Source: Adineta vaga
Lineage: Eukaryota > Animalia > Rotifera
Assembly: GCA_021613535.1 (NCBI GenBank)
Contig: CP075496.1
Coordinates: 124,001 to 188,000, forward strand
Direction of reading: 5' to 3'
DNA: 64,000 nt
Shown here: positions 38,164-51,064 of the stretch, piece by piece
How positions within the stretch are numbered: position 1 is the stretch's first letter
How the letters are laid out: each line of letters begins with the position of its first letter
Position numbers and translations under genes: made by a program
Notes under the pieces: generated by a model
What the model was told of the DNA's origin: nothing
Seen by the model: the letters and a program-made list of their open reading frames with translations, nothing else
The model's database searches: none

Positions 38164-38548
38164 TATTCCCTCGACTGTAAGGAGGGTCGTATGAAAAAAA
38201 TAGGTTGTAAATTTGTAAATTTGTTTTGTGGCAGGGTCAAAGGTCAAAAAAACATTTTACCCTCGTTATCAGTTATTATTATGAAGAGGCCTCTAGCTTC
38301 GATGCTTATTTTTTCTTGAGTTTAACTGCGGTGTTATACTATAGAATAGGACAGAAAAAAAGTAGTGAAAATAAGCTCTAAATAAAAAAAATTGAATCGT
38401 TTCATGGTATATATAAAGTTCCCAGATCAATTCGTCTCACTATTCGCACACGCAGAAAATATCTGTCTTGTTCAGTCGAGGGTAAAGTGAGTCGCCACGA
38501 CGAGCGTTACTTTTTTTTCATATGACCCTCCTTACAGTCGAGGGAATA
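38164..38548 (+). mobile_element. HINE-like element enclosed by ~37-bp terminal inverted repeats
   Basis: TATTCCCTCGACTGTAAGGAGGGTCGTATGAAAAAAA (38164-38200) vs TTTTTTTCATATGACCCTCCTTACAGTCGAGGGAATA (38512-38548), 1 mismatch. An internal HINE 3' end lies at 38473-38510. Confidence 0.8.
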
Positions 38549-39159
38549 TAATCTTCACTTTTCTCTGACTCCATTCATTTTCATTACTTTCCATTCATAT
38601 CAATTCAATTCATAAATTAGTAAGAATTTCAAGCCATCTGATGAGTTCTTTTGAAAAAAGGATGAAACCGGTCATGGTAGCTAGTATCTCACCCTCACCC
38701 TTAACAAACAACGGTAAAACAATGATTTATGTCACACCCCCACCACAAATATTCTATGTCCAAATCCTCATGGTCAACGATGTAGCTTTCAGATGCTTTA
38801 TACTGTAGACATGCATCAAAACCAGACGATTTCGGTTTGCGTTAGGCTCTAACTAATATAGTTTCATTTCGAATTGGATTTGAATTCATTTATATGTATT
38901 CTCTAGATCTCTTTTATTTATACTGAAGAAAGCGAGTCGCAGAACGTCATAATAATGTTAATATGGCAAAGACGTAGATCCTGTTTATAGCAGAGTGTGT
39001 GAGCAAAGATTTGAACGAAAACAGAAGAACCAGAATATGTTCGGAAATTGGGAAACGCTGCTAAAATTAATCCCATACGACTATCTGATTGCACTCCGTT
39101 CGTCTTCTCATTCTTCTATATATTGGGGATAAGACGAAATAAAATAAATAACTATTTTT

Positions 39160-39785
39160 TTAGAATATGCACCAAACATCGTAATTCATTGCCAAACCTT
39201 GAAGACAGAATGTCAATTGGTGGTAACAGTCATACTGAAAATAATGAAAAAACCGATGCCGAGAAAGGTCACCAATAGAAAAACATTCATCTATCGTCAG
39301 ATTTCGTAAAGATGGATGTATCCTTAAGCATTTATGTCGGCTACGTGACACTCCATATCTGAACCGCCAAAAATCAAAGCTGGACAAAGTACGTGCTAGT
39401 GCATCACGATACTAGTTTGTATAATAAAAAGTTACGCTTGTTGTAGGAAAACAGTTGGACGAAGACTGTGAACATACGCACGATTGAGGAAATCTGTGGT
39501 TAGATTGTGTTGTTCGTCGATCGACAATCGGTGATAAAGAGATTCTGAATGCCCAAATACATGTTTGAATGTATCTGTTCTGTTTGATAACTGTTCGAAT
39601 AGAACATTCAGGAGCGAACTGCCACATTTGGGTATCCGATTGTATAAAACCATGATGAATGGAGTCAAGTTCATTTTTTCCACGGTTGTATCTGTAGATG
39701 TAAAATGATAGTCCAAGATAGTAATAATTGCACATATTACTAGTATTCCATACGTAATTTTATTTTTAAGCCTTTCGATCACCAT
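39160..39785 (-). pseudogene. Heparan-sulfate/uronyl 2-O-sulfotransferase-like, disrupted
   Basis: Type II anchor plus VLYNRIPKCGSS (5'-PSB loop). RDALARTLSSFDFWR (3'-PB motif) lies after a stop and frame break at ~39432. Confidence 0.65.
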
Positions 39786-41526
39786 AGCTAGGCTATTTTC
39801 TGAAAATGATAAAAAGATATTACCGACAGATCGTAACGAAACTTACCCAGTTATAGTTATGCAGAAGCAGAATAGCGCGAAGGATTGATGTAGAGCACTG
39901 GAGCTCGACCAGTAACACCAACAAACAACTAACGGCTCTTCTTATGATTTTTTGGTAGTTATTTTTGAAAACTGAACTAATTTTAGCTGAAGTTTACGTT
40001 AAATTTTGTATGGTATTGTGGAAGATTTGTGTTTACTTTGAGACAGACTAAAATATTATCTTTTAGTTGTCTGTGGGCGGAACTTATAAGAGAAAATTTG
40101 CACTGGGATTAGTGTAAAATCATTTTCATACAATAACAGCTCAATTGTATTTATCAGAAATGGGCAAGTCAAGTCTTTTTTGACTCGACTCGACTTGACT
40201 TGGCTTATAAAAAGCCATGACTTACCCGTCTTTGATGTTTACATTAAGAAGGCAATGACTACAGTCACTACAGAAGCGAATGAACGAAATATTATCAAGT
40301 TGGTAGAAGAATAAATCATGAAAAGGTCGTATTTGGTCAAGTTTATCATAATTCACATTTCGTGTATAGGAGTAGCCATTGAGCTGTTATTTATGTCAAC
40401 AAATATCTGGAAACTAATGATTTGAAGAATCTTAGTGAAAAAAGCTGCACATTCTTAGAAAACATGTGTGCAATTGAATATGTTATTGGTTCGCGAAGTG
40501 CATTTATTCAGTTTGCTTGTTCTATCTCAGCATTATCGTCTTGCACTATCTAGTTATATGTTAGGCTCTTTAGACAATAATTCATAAGTACTGTCATTTA
40601 ACAATCAGGCTTTTAACATCCAATCTTGCCAGAATAACTCACCGATTCGTGAGATATCATAACAAAGAGTGTATTTTGTGCCAAATAACACAAGTAACAT
40701 ACAATAGCGAATAGTCAGGAATGACAGATCGAAGGAAAGCCGACTAATAACTGTAAGATAAGTTATTTGATGTATAGTCGGAGAACTTGCAAAGAGCATT
40801 TCAGAATCAGCTTTAAATCAGTCAAAGTTAAAGTGGATCGTCTCAAGGAGCGTTATTTATTATTTCTTTATAATATAATATACTTTTCTTTTACTTCTGC
40901 TCATATGCTACTATTTTTTATTCGAAACATTTTTTCTCTCTATAACTTCGATGCCATAATATGTAGGGTGACACTTACTGAACCAATATCATGACTTAAC
41001 ATAATATTGTTGTAAAATGGTTTCACGCCAGTCGTACTCTACTCCTACGCTTCGTAAGTTTTGAAATAATTTATTAAAAATAAATGGTCGAACTCTAACG
41101 AATATAACACATGACGGACATGTATTGTCCGCTTAGATAGGACATTAGATTAGTAGTGAAACATTGTTTAGTTGGAGAAAGTTGTACTGCGTTCGAAATT
41201 CTAACGAGTGTTCGATAATTTTTCGATATCGTCTAGTGAGATTGTAACATATGAAGTAGACTTCGAGTAGGAAATAAAAAAAAAGAGAGATTGTAATGAA
41301 AAGGTTCCATGTTTAGATTAAGTCGAATAGAATCACTATTTCCACTCACTACGAAAAACCAAAATGAATTTATTAATCAAGAATAAAAGAGAATATTAGA
41401 AAGATATCACGAGAAATAGCGTAAGTCATTGAGCGTACATAGTGCCATCATCTACAATCAAAGGATATCGATCGAAAGAACGTTTTTATAACGCAAGTTC
41501 AAGTCCAAATACTGAAATAATTCATT

Positions 41527-44500
41527 TCAATTACTAAATTTCAATGACGGACGAAGAAATGCATAATTCAAATAGTGCATCATATGATTTGTCAGCCAAA
41601 TGAGTACAACGGCGATTACCAACGGAACACTAGTATTGTAGATAGCCGAGTTGCAACGAAGAATGCCAGTTATAATTATATGTATCACATCAATTAGACG
41701 ACTTGTAACCACATAATGTTCACCATAAAATTCATCTGTGTAGATGTTGTAATGAAATATTGATGCTATACGTTTTATGAGACGAACAAAGAAATAACGT
41801 CTTTGAGCATTTTCATGTGTTCCACGTCGATCAGTAAAACATGATGCAACTACTCGACTGACAATAATGACACCACTGTATGTTAAAACGTTGTAAATAC
41901 CAACGAGTTTGGTTTGCGCGATTGAAACGATGGGAGAGTATATTACCGAATAATTATGGTAACCTCGCAAGCTGATAATGACTGTAAGGAGCTGACCATT
42001 AGTGAGTTGACCCGCTGTGATGTAACTCTCGTTATTACTTTCACTTTCATTAAACACACGAACCAGATGATTAGGACTCAATGTCAGCCGATGTCCGGAC
42101 TCGGTTTCAATAATAAGAAAGTGAGCTAAAATGTGACAATGAACGCGTTTTACAATGAATGCACCAATCAATAATACTAATCTCGAGCTACATCTTTGTC
42201 ATTAAAAACGACTTCCAAGCTTATTCTCGCCTGACTCATACGAATAAGAATTCGTAAGTGAAACATGTTACACTACTTAATTGCAGTTTGCTGGTTTTTA
42301 CAAGCACTTCTTGATGACAAGAATCATTTGATATTGATTCTTCCTTCGTTTTCGACACAATAACTGCGGTTCATGTAAACCACTTTCATCTCTTTCTATT
42401 CTCTTGCGTAAAAAAACGCTCATATGAAATAAAACAGTATATTTGATTATTCGTCGTCAGGTCCAGAAATAAAGGACACAATATTATCTGTTACCAAAAT
42501 GTCAGCGTTAATTATTATAATATTAGAGTTAGGGAAGATACTTTATCTTTACTTTATAAAGTCACCATAAAGATTACCTTTATTTTCATAGAATAAAGTA
42601 ACAGTCCTAATTGAACTAAAGAATACCCTGTGACCTTAAGTACTTTTTGTATATGGATATTCATAGATCCATGATAGCTATAGACTATTAACTCGTAAAG
42701 AGCCCTGCACGAGAGGCACACAGACAGCAAAGTTTGAGATGTATGTTCTATAGGTTTTTCTTCACAAGTTTGAACTAGATATCATCAAACGTGAGATCAA
42801 CTTAACGGTACAGATATGGAGTTATTCGAAGTAGACCTCTATTAGCAATATTCTAGCTACTCTATTAAGTGTTTTTCATCAGGGGATGCTTTAAATAAAA
42901 AGCTGTTTCCACTACTCGAAAAAAATTAGGAGTGAACAGATCTAAATCTTTTCGGCTGAACAAACATCCACAGAAAAGATCCATCCACACGTCGACGAAT
43001 ACGACCGTCGTAAACGGAAGTTTATTGTCGTATACTGCGCCGTATACGATTGTATACATAACATATACGGGACCTTTATCTCCGTGACCACGTACGGTGA
43101 CATACAATGATATTTACTATCGTTTTAGATTAATGATTTTCATACAAAACAATTCTTTTACAAAAAAGCTTTTATAAGAGTTTAACAACGGGCAGTCAGG
43201 GTCGAGGAACACTAGTATAATTTTAGTTTTTAAAGTTTAGTACTGAATACGTTGATTTTAGTTTAGAACGCAAATTCCACAATGAATTCGAATGAGTTTT
43301 ACGATTAATATAGTATGATGATTCTATACGATCCTATACGGCTGCTGTTTACGACCTGGGGTATTTAACCTGGGTTTATTTCATACAAAATATTTCGAAA
43401 TATCATTCTTGAAATTTCCTCCGTGAAATTGTAATCGCCAACAGACTTTTCTTAATCGCAGCACAAAATTAGTACCATAGTTTGTTTTACTTCGTGTCCA
43501 TTTATCTTAATAAACACTTCAAATAGCATTATACTCGAGGAATAATTGAATGATTCCTGTCAAGTGTTACGCTGCGGGTCAACTTAAGAATACGTTGTTG
43601 TCATTGGTAGGCACTGGTTCCAAGATAACAACGACTAGCTCATTGATCTCTGAAATTGGAACATTACATCGATTTTGTTGTTTCTAATAGTTACAGTGAA
43701 CCGATTTTTATATTGACCATGATAACCAGGTAATTTCTATTCCTATTAATAACGAGAGACGACTATAAGTATTATTTCTAATGATATAGAGACGTTTCTT
43801 TTCAGCTCTAACAGTGATGAATAACTGTTTTTTCAATTGATGTCAAAATAACTTAGTGTGTCCTTCGGATAATGATAATGTTTCATACAGGAGTATAATG
43901 TATCGGCAACAATATTTGTATCAGCATCTTGAGTTGAATTTATTGGACGAAAAGCTTTCTGTAATATTCATGTAGGAGAAAAACAGTTGTTCGTTACTGT
44001 TAGAGCTGAAAAGAAACGTCTCTATATCATTAGAAATAATACTTATAGTCGTCTCTCGTTATTAATAGGAATAGAAATTACCTGGTTATCATGGTCAATA
44101 TAAAAATCGGTTCAATGTAACTATTAGAAACAACAAAATCGATGTAATATTCCAATTTCAGAGATCAATGAGCTAGTCGTTGTTGTCTTGCAACCAGTGC
44201 CTACCAATGACAACAACGCATTCTTAAGTTGACCCTCATAGCGTAACACTTGACAGGAATCATTCAATTATTCCTCGAGTATAATGCTATCCGAAGTGTT
44301 TATTAAGACAAATGAACACGAAGTAAAACAAACTAAGGTACTATTTTTGTGTTGCAATTAGAAAGTCCCTAAACACGCTGTAAGTGGAGTATGAATTTAT
44401 TTCTAGATTGCAACGGTGTAGATATTAGAAAGTAGAAAGATTATTTCATTGCATTATGCCTATATTCACAAACATCGAAACTACTATACCTGTCTTATTT

Positions 44501-47470
44501 GGTTCATGATGAAGACGCACAAGCACTTCATCTTCCACTAATTTATCAGCGGTTGATTGACTATTACTAATAATTGTCTTCAGTCGATCACCCATTCGGA
44601 CGTATTTTATCTGCTTTTCTGTGCCATCAGCCATTAAGACATATTCGTCACCATGGAAACATGTGTAGCATACGTCCGTAACGATCGATGCACTACAGCA
44701 ATCTGAACTACTTGCGGACGCAATACCATCCTGTTTACAGCACACACCACTCTGGCAGATTACTCCAGCAGCATTGTCACAGCAGTCAGCAGTTGCTGAG
44801 CATGTTTTGCTCAGTGGCACACAACATTGAGCAGATTGACATGTCGTCGATCCATCACCATTGCCACAGCAGTCTGTCGCTGCTGAACATGTTTTGGTCA
44901 GTGGTGCACAACATTGAGTAGATTGACATGTCGCGGATCCATCACCATTGCCACAGCAGTCTGTAGCTGCTGAACATGTTTTGCTCAGTGGCACACAACA
45001 TTGAGTAGCATGACACGTCGTGGATCCATCACCATTGCCACAGCAGTCTGTCGCTGCTGAACATGTTTTGGTCAGTGGTGCACAACATTGAGTAGATTGA
45101 CATGTAGCGGATCCAACAGCATTGCCACAACAGTCTGTAGCTGCTGAACATGTTTTGGTCAGTGGTGCACAACATTGAGTAGATTGACATGTAGCGGATC
45201 CAACAGCATTGCCACAACAGTCTGTCGCTGCTGAACATGTTTTGGTCAGTGGTGCACAACATTGAGTAGATTGACATGTAGCGGATCCAACAGCATTGCC
45301 ACAACAGTCTGTCGCTGCTGAACATGTTTTGGTCAGTGGTGCACAACATTGAGTAGATTGACATGTAGCGGATCCAACAGCATTGCCACAACAGTCTGTA
45401 GCTGCTGAACATGTTTTGGTCAGTGGTGCACAACATTGAGTAGATTGACATGTAGCGGATCCAACAGCATTGCCACAACAGTCTGTCGCTGCTGAACATG
45501 TTTTGGTCAGTGGTGCACAACATTGAGTAGATTGACATGTAGCGGATCCAACAGCATTGCCACAACAGTCTGTCGCTGCTGAACATGTTTTGGTCAGTGG
45601 TGCACAACATTGAGTAGATTGACATGTAGCGGATCCAACAGCATTGCCACAACAGTCTGTCGCTGCTGAACATGTTTTGGTCAGTGGTGCACAACATTGA
45701 GTAGATTGACATGTCGCGGATCCATCACCATTGCCACAGCATTGCCCAGTGCTTGTACAACTTGCTTGAATCGTCTGACAACCTGCAAAATTGATCGAAA
45801 GTGTACGTGAAATTGTTCACAACCATACAAAAATACAATAAAAGTCTTCCCATCCTTATTACCTGAAACATTCTGCAAGAATTCGACAGAATTTTAGAAG
45901 CGCTTCGTCATAGATTGTGGGTCTTTATCCTGTGAGACTATTCTAAAGACTGAATCGGGCTTTTTTCATAACAGTATGTTTGCAAAGTGACCTGCTTGGT
46001 TTTCGTCTTTCAGTTTGATATTGATTTCGTTAGTATTCATTTTATACAGTGGTGGTTATCTTCAAGATCGATGCGATGCATCAAAGGAGGCAATAAATTA
46101 CCATAATGAAAAATATGCATTCTCATTTTTAAGAAGGAAATCTTGGTGAAGTTAAGATTACTCGGGAAAACTTCTTTAATTAAATTCTTCGAGGTGTTTG
46201 ACCTTGGAGATATGCAGACAGTTATCTTCACTCTGTTATTTTTCATTGTGTACCTTATGTGAAACTCATACTCGAAGTGTAGCGAAGCACAGATATGCTA
46301 GTTGAACGTCTCGTTGCAGAAAACAAGCCCGTAAATCATTCGGGCGTTCAAACTTGCATCTTAAGAGTTATTAGCTACAGACGAGTCATTGAGTTGAATA
46401 CTACAGAAGTAGAACTGATCAGCATTAACTTTGAAAGATTCGAGGTCGTCGAAATGTTTCTAGTAATAGAATCTGATTGTTAGTCTCATTTGAACTTGTT
46501 TTCAAAAGCTTATTAGAAGTTTGTATATATATTACATAATAGTTTAGTGATCGAACTAGTATGATATCATACTCTAGGTTAACCTTATCTAACTTCGAAA
46601 ATTAACAGCATGTGCTGCATGCTGTAAAATCTGAAACGAAATGGAATGTTCGACGGTTAGTATTGTGATTGATTTATTTTTAGCGCGAACTATATTTTAT
46701 GTGTTCTATTCTACGACAATCTTCTCTACAATCTAAGGCGACTATCCGAAAAAGATAGTTTTTCTATCAATGTGTAGGTCAAACAGACACGGTGCTTAAC
46801 GATTACATACGAAAACATACAAACAGATATATGTCTAGAAAACGAGTTCATTTGTATTATGCACTCCGCTAGTTTACTTCACAAATAAATGTAGATTGTC
46901 TTCAGTATCTGCCTTCGTATTATGATTGTAAATCTTCATGTCATATATGGAGTAATAAGAAAATAGACAGAGGATAATACAGTCGTTTACGACAATGCAC
47001 GTTCATGAATACAAGCAGTCTCAAAACCGAGCCAAGTAATATCGTAAAACACGATCATTTACAGTCGGGTAGGAAATCTGTCGTTTTAGTCCTGTATTAG
47101 AAATACGCTTTACTGTTTCGAAACGTTCTGAATTCTTGGCGGCAAACAAATAATTGAGGAGCGTTTAATGACATCTAAGTGAAATCTCAGATAACTCTAT
47201 AAGCAAATCAGATACGAGGTCATCTCAGATCTGCACCTAACCGGTTGAATGTGAACTTATTATCCTATTAGCAGTGTATCTATTTTCGATTTCTTATCTC
47301 CCAGCACCAGCTGTAGTTAATCTGCTGTCACTAAGTTTATTGTTGCTAACTAAATATGGTCAAGATCAAATAAAAATACATACCTGTCGTTGTTGTCGTT
47401 GTTGTCGTTGTGGTCGTTGTGGTCGTTGTAGTCGTTGAGATCGTGTTCATGGTTGTTGTCGTCATTAGAA

Positions 47471-47501
<31 letters not shown>

Positions 47502-50500
47502 TACAGTTTTGGTTGTAGATGCTATGATCGTCGTTTGAACTAAAATAAGATACGTTATATAAGCGCGAACAAAAGACAAACTATAAATTTCATCGTACAC
47601 TAAAATCAAATAGCATACTAGAACATTTGTAAAAACAGTACATAATGTTCTGATAGTTACAGAACCTATTACCTATGAGGCGCATCTGAAGAATCAAAGA
47701 TAGAAAGTCAAGAAATAATTAATATGCATAAATTTATATCTGTTTATTCAACTATTCTGCTGAACTCTCAAGAATCAAAAGAAGTGTCATTCTTGATTTA
47801 CGAATTAAAGTAATTGTGAAAAATTTTCAAGTTTTACTGAATCTACTAGACTTTTAAAAACTAGTGCTATTATACACCGATTCTGATGACCACGTCTAAA
47901 AGATTCTGAAAAATATATGTGATATTGAATGAAAAATATGCGTTAATTCACGGTATTGAATTATGTACAGACAAGAATTGGCGTAAGCCCTTGTCTCAAT
48001 GCTAAATGTAACATTTATGTTTTATCGTCATTCGTTGGATAAGAGAAACGGTAGCGAGGGAACTTCCTAATTAACGATTTGTCGAAGATTCCAATAAATA
48101 TGGGTGACAGAAACTATAGATTAGACAACAACTACTATCGCAGTTTTAAAAAAAACGAAAGATGAGAGCACATCTTAACACGTGAAATCTGTTATTAACA
48201 TACTTTTCCAGACATTTTTCTCCATCAGAATCAAGCGAAAAGTAGCCAGCATTCTCGAGGGAAATTTTTCTACTAGACTTGTGCTCCAACATACTACGGC
48301 CCGGCGGGATTGTCCCGACCCCTATTTGTTACGAGCTTGATCCCGATCCGATCGGGGTTGGGATAAAAATGTTCGAGACCTAGTCAATCATTTCATATAT
48401 ACATGTAACGTTATACTTATTCAAAAGCTTTAATATAATCTTCAGTACAAATATAACTAGAAAACACCTCTACACGTGTCGAAAACAACTATATTTATAA
48501 GTGGTAAATAGTTAAAGTACAACATAGTCAGGTCTGATTACTCTTCGAGTTCATCTTCACTTAGTACAATATGATCGTCGTTGATTCGATGTTTTTTCAG
48601 TTTTGAATGAGTCTTCTGTTCACCGTCATGAACAAAAAACATACTTTCAATAGGTAACAAAGAAACTGAATATCGATGAAGAAAGGGTTTCTATTTCGGT
48701 GGTACTCACGTACGATGATGATAATGTGACGATTTTTGATGGAATTACGCCTTTATTTATTTCTTCCTCTTAAATCGCATCGTTCTGATACAAAACAAGC
48801 GTTTATATACTCGTCCATAAATTAGAACGCAAGAAAATATCATGTCAAAGTACATCAGAATGTATTGAAATAAGGACATAATGAGGATAATCCATTATAT
48901 GATAAGAATCGAAAGAACTAACATCATGCGTACAGCGCATGTAAGCGAGAGCGTCGCAGATATGATTTTATAATTAAATATGCTGTTCTCAGTCATTCGA
49001 TTTCTTTCATTTCTGCTCTTCTTTATATTCATTCGACATGTGTACGAAGAATAATTCTGATAGGTTAAAAAAAACGAGTTTAAACGGGACTGAGACTGGT
49101 TTTACACTAAGAAAACATGTTCCGGGTCGGAACAAAGTTTTTCGTCCGACCGAATTCAAAGTATATAGGTTTCTTTGTCATAATCAGCACAAAAAAATGT
49201 ATTCTCCTCGAAATCTTGTGCAACAAATATTTGATCCCTGTTTGTGTATGAGCTTGTCCGTGTATAGCATGAATAAAAGAAGTATATATGTATGTAAATG
49301 TTGTCTTGTTTTCTTTCCTTCTCTCTTCTAACTGCACAGACTATTAGTTTTAGATAATCCATCAATCTATAATGTAGGAAGATTACGATTTTTCGCAGGA
49401 AATGAAACAAATCATGTTTTATATTATACTGATTCTGTTGTAAGGGAGAACGAACAATGCAGATTCTTTTGTAATGGTAAATCAATGAAAAATTAGAAGA
49501 AAGATAGGACTAAAAAACATCTAGCAAAGCGATATTTTCCTCCTCTCAATATCTTAAAAATAAGCATTGTTTTATGTTTCTGTTCGTATGAATGCAAGAT
49601 AAACTTATCATTAAAGATAAAAAATATATCATCTGTGATCTTTCTCTTGTTCGACCTTGTGTATTACGAGAGAGCAAAAGCTTGAAATTTCTTAGACACC
49701 AATTTTGAGAGAGTATGTCGGAGTACAAATATAATAGAAAAAAATTTCTCACAAAAATCGGCTTGATATTCTCTTATATCAACAAATAAAAAAGTTTAAA
49801 AAGTGTCTCTGTAATAGATTTCACATTTTAATATTCATTCCCATCTATCCTTCATGGAGTTGTGAAAGTCGCAGATGATCTTTATACCTTTTTTGTTTAA
49901 AATTCTGATAAAAGCTTATGTCGCTTAATAAAATCGCAAAAAAACAGCCACGTCAATATTATGTTGAAGATAGAAAGTAAGTGAAAAGAAATGATTTCGT
50001 ACCTGGTTGAACCTGTCCAAGGGAACAGAAAGCTATTTCTGTCGTGATCGTCGATCCGTTAGCCAAAGTTAGCAGCATTGCTGTCTGTGAACGTATAATA
50101 GCAGTGACTTTTTCGAATGTTTCGTTGAACGTCTTTCGGCAGCTGTTAAGAAGACACGAAAGCCGAGGCTTGATGATAAATGCAATATACAGCAAATCAC
50201 CCGTTGTATTTGGATTCACTTTACATTGTTCGTTCGTAGATCTAAAAAGCGGAAAATACGGCGCTTTTAAGATTAAATAAACATACTGAGTTTCACGTCG
50301 TCGTTTGCCAGAGGCATTTGATCCTGTCGAAGTGAATACTGTCGTCACAACACTTATATCAATATTTGGATATTGACTCGTCAACTGCAAACTTAGATAA
50401 AAGTTATATTTTGTGAGAATTTGAAACACAAACCTGAGTAAGCAAGTTGTTAACGTTCGGAATTGCAGACTCGCCATCATTTTTAAAATTAGTACCATAC

Positions 50501-51064
50501 GAAACATCGTACGGTAACACGACTAGAAAGAAGTAAACAATCTACCAAATCAATCAATAGAAAAACAATAAACACATACATGAATTGGTATTGATACCAA
50601 AAGTACCATTTGTCGATAAATAAACTGGAATTAAACTTAACACCACTACAATTGCGACTAGACCAGGGATGCAAAGGAAGCAACACAGTAGTGCTAACTG
50701 CCAGCGATTCCTTTAAATAGGTAGAAATACTTTCAGTTATAAATGCATATCAAGCTTTAGATGTCTGCAATGTATTCAGTCTTACTAGATCTTTAAAAGG
50801 CATTGTCATAACTCCATCGATCGATACATCTCTCTAGGATAAACGTAGGGTATACGGAGATTATAGAACGCCCTGATTCAAAGGTCATTCTATATTTTCC
50901 AGACATCGTGCAAATGTGTTTGAGACCCTTCATACTCAATCGATTGATTCTAAGTTATTTGTTACTAAAAACTCTGCTCTATCTTACGAACTCATTGTTT
51001 ACTAAACAACTCGAGAAAAATGTTCTTACCTGATCCTTCTCACCAGCGTCTGTTTGGTGTTCAT
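41527..51064 (-). CDS. Signal-anchored mucin-stalk, poly-knottin, Hint/Hog autoprocessing protein (8 exons, 879 aa)
   Basis: Exons 51064-51030, 50710-50580, 50522-50434, 50384-50287, 50241-50003, 47539-47384, 45782-44490 and 42125-41527. All introns are GT-AG, phases are compatible and the total is 2640 nt. Hint motifs: CFHGDEYVLMADG..K.I..V..GD, LTLSPNHL and GIYNVLT.SG.IIV..VVASCF. Confidence 0.75.
43444..44367. mobile_element. Foldback element: ~390-bp inverted arms around a ~145-bp spacer, inside the Hint-splitting intron
   Basis: 43444-43833 is the reverse complement of 43978-44367 with only scattered mismatches. No clear target duplication. Confidence 0.85.
44740..45780 (-). repeat. 87-bp coding tandem repeat (29-aa cystine-knot unit), 12 copies
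   Basis: The GGATCC marker recurs every 87 bp (45718, 45631 ... 44935, with variants at 44848 and 44761). Unit: CAPLTKTCSAATDCCGNAVGSATCQSTQC. Confidence 0.95.
47384..47505 (-). repeat. ACN trinucleotide repeats encoding a Thr-rich mucin-like stalk
   Basis: (TAG)n, (GTT/GTC/GTG)n on the + strand, within a phase-1/phase-1 exon. Confidence 0.85.

Noticed and set aside
40155-40234. 80-bp element with degenerate TIRs and (GACTC/GACTT)n
   Set aside because: Plausibly an old hAT-like MITE, but the TIR and TSD matches are too weak to call.
45029-45712. 227-aa ORF of MSIYSMLCTTDQN repeats
   Set aside because: Shadow frame of the 87-bp repeat. The Cys-knot frame is open from 45780 and continuous with the Hint domain.
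44740-45780. CRISPR-like appearance of the regular repeat
   Set aside because: There are no unique spacers. It is a head-to-tail coding repeat in a eukaryote.
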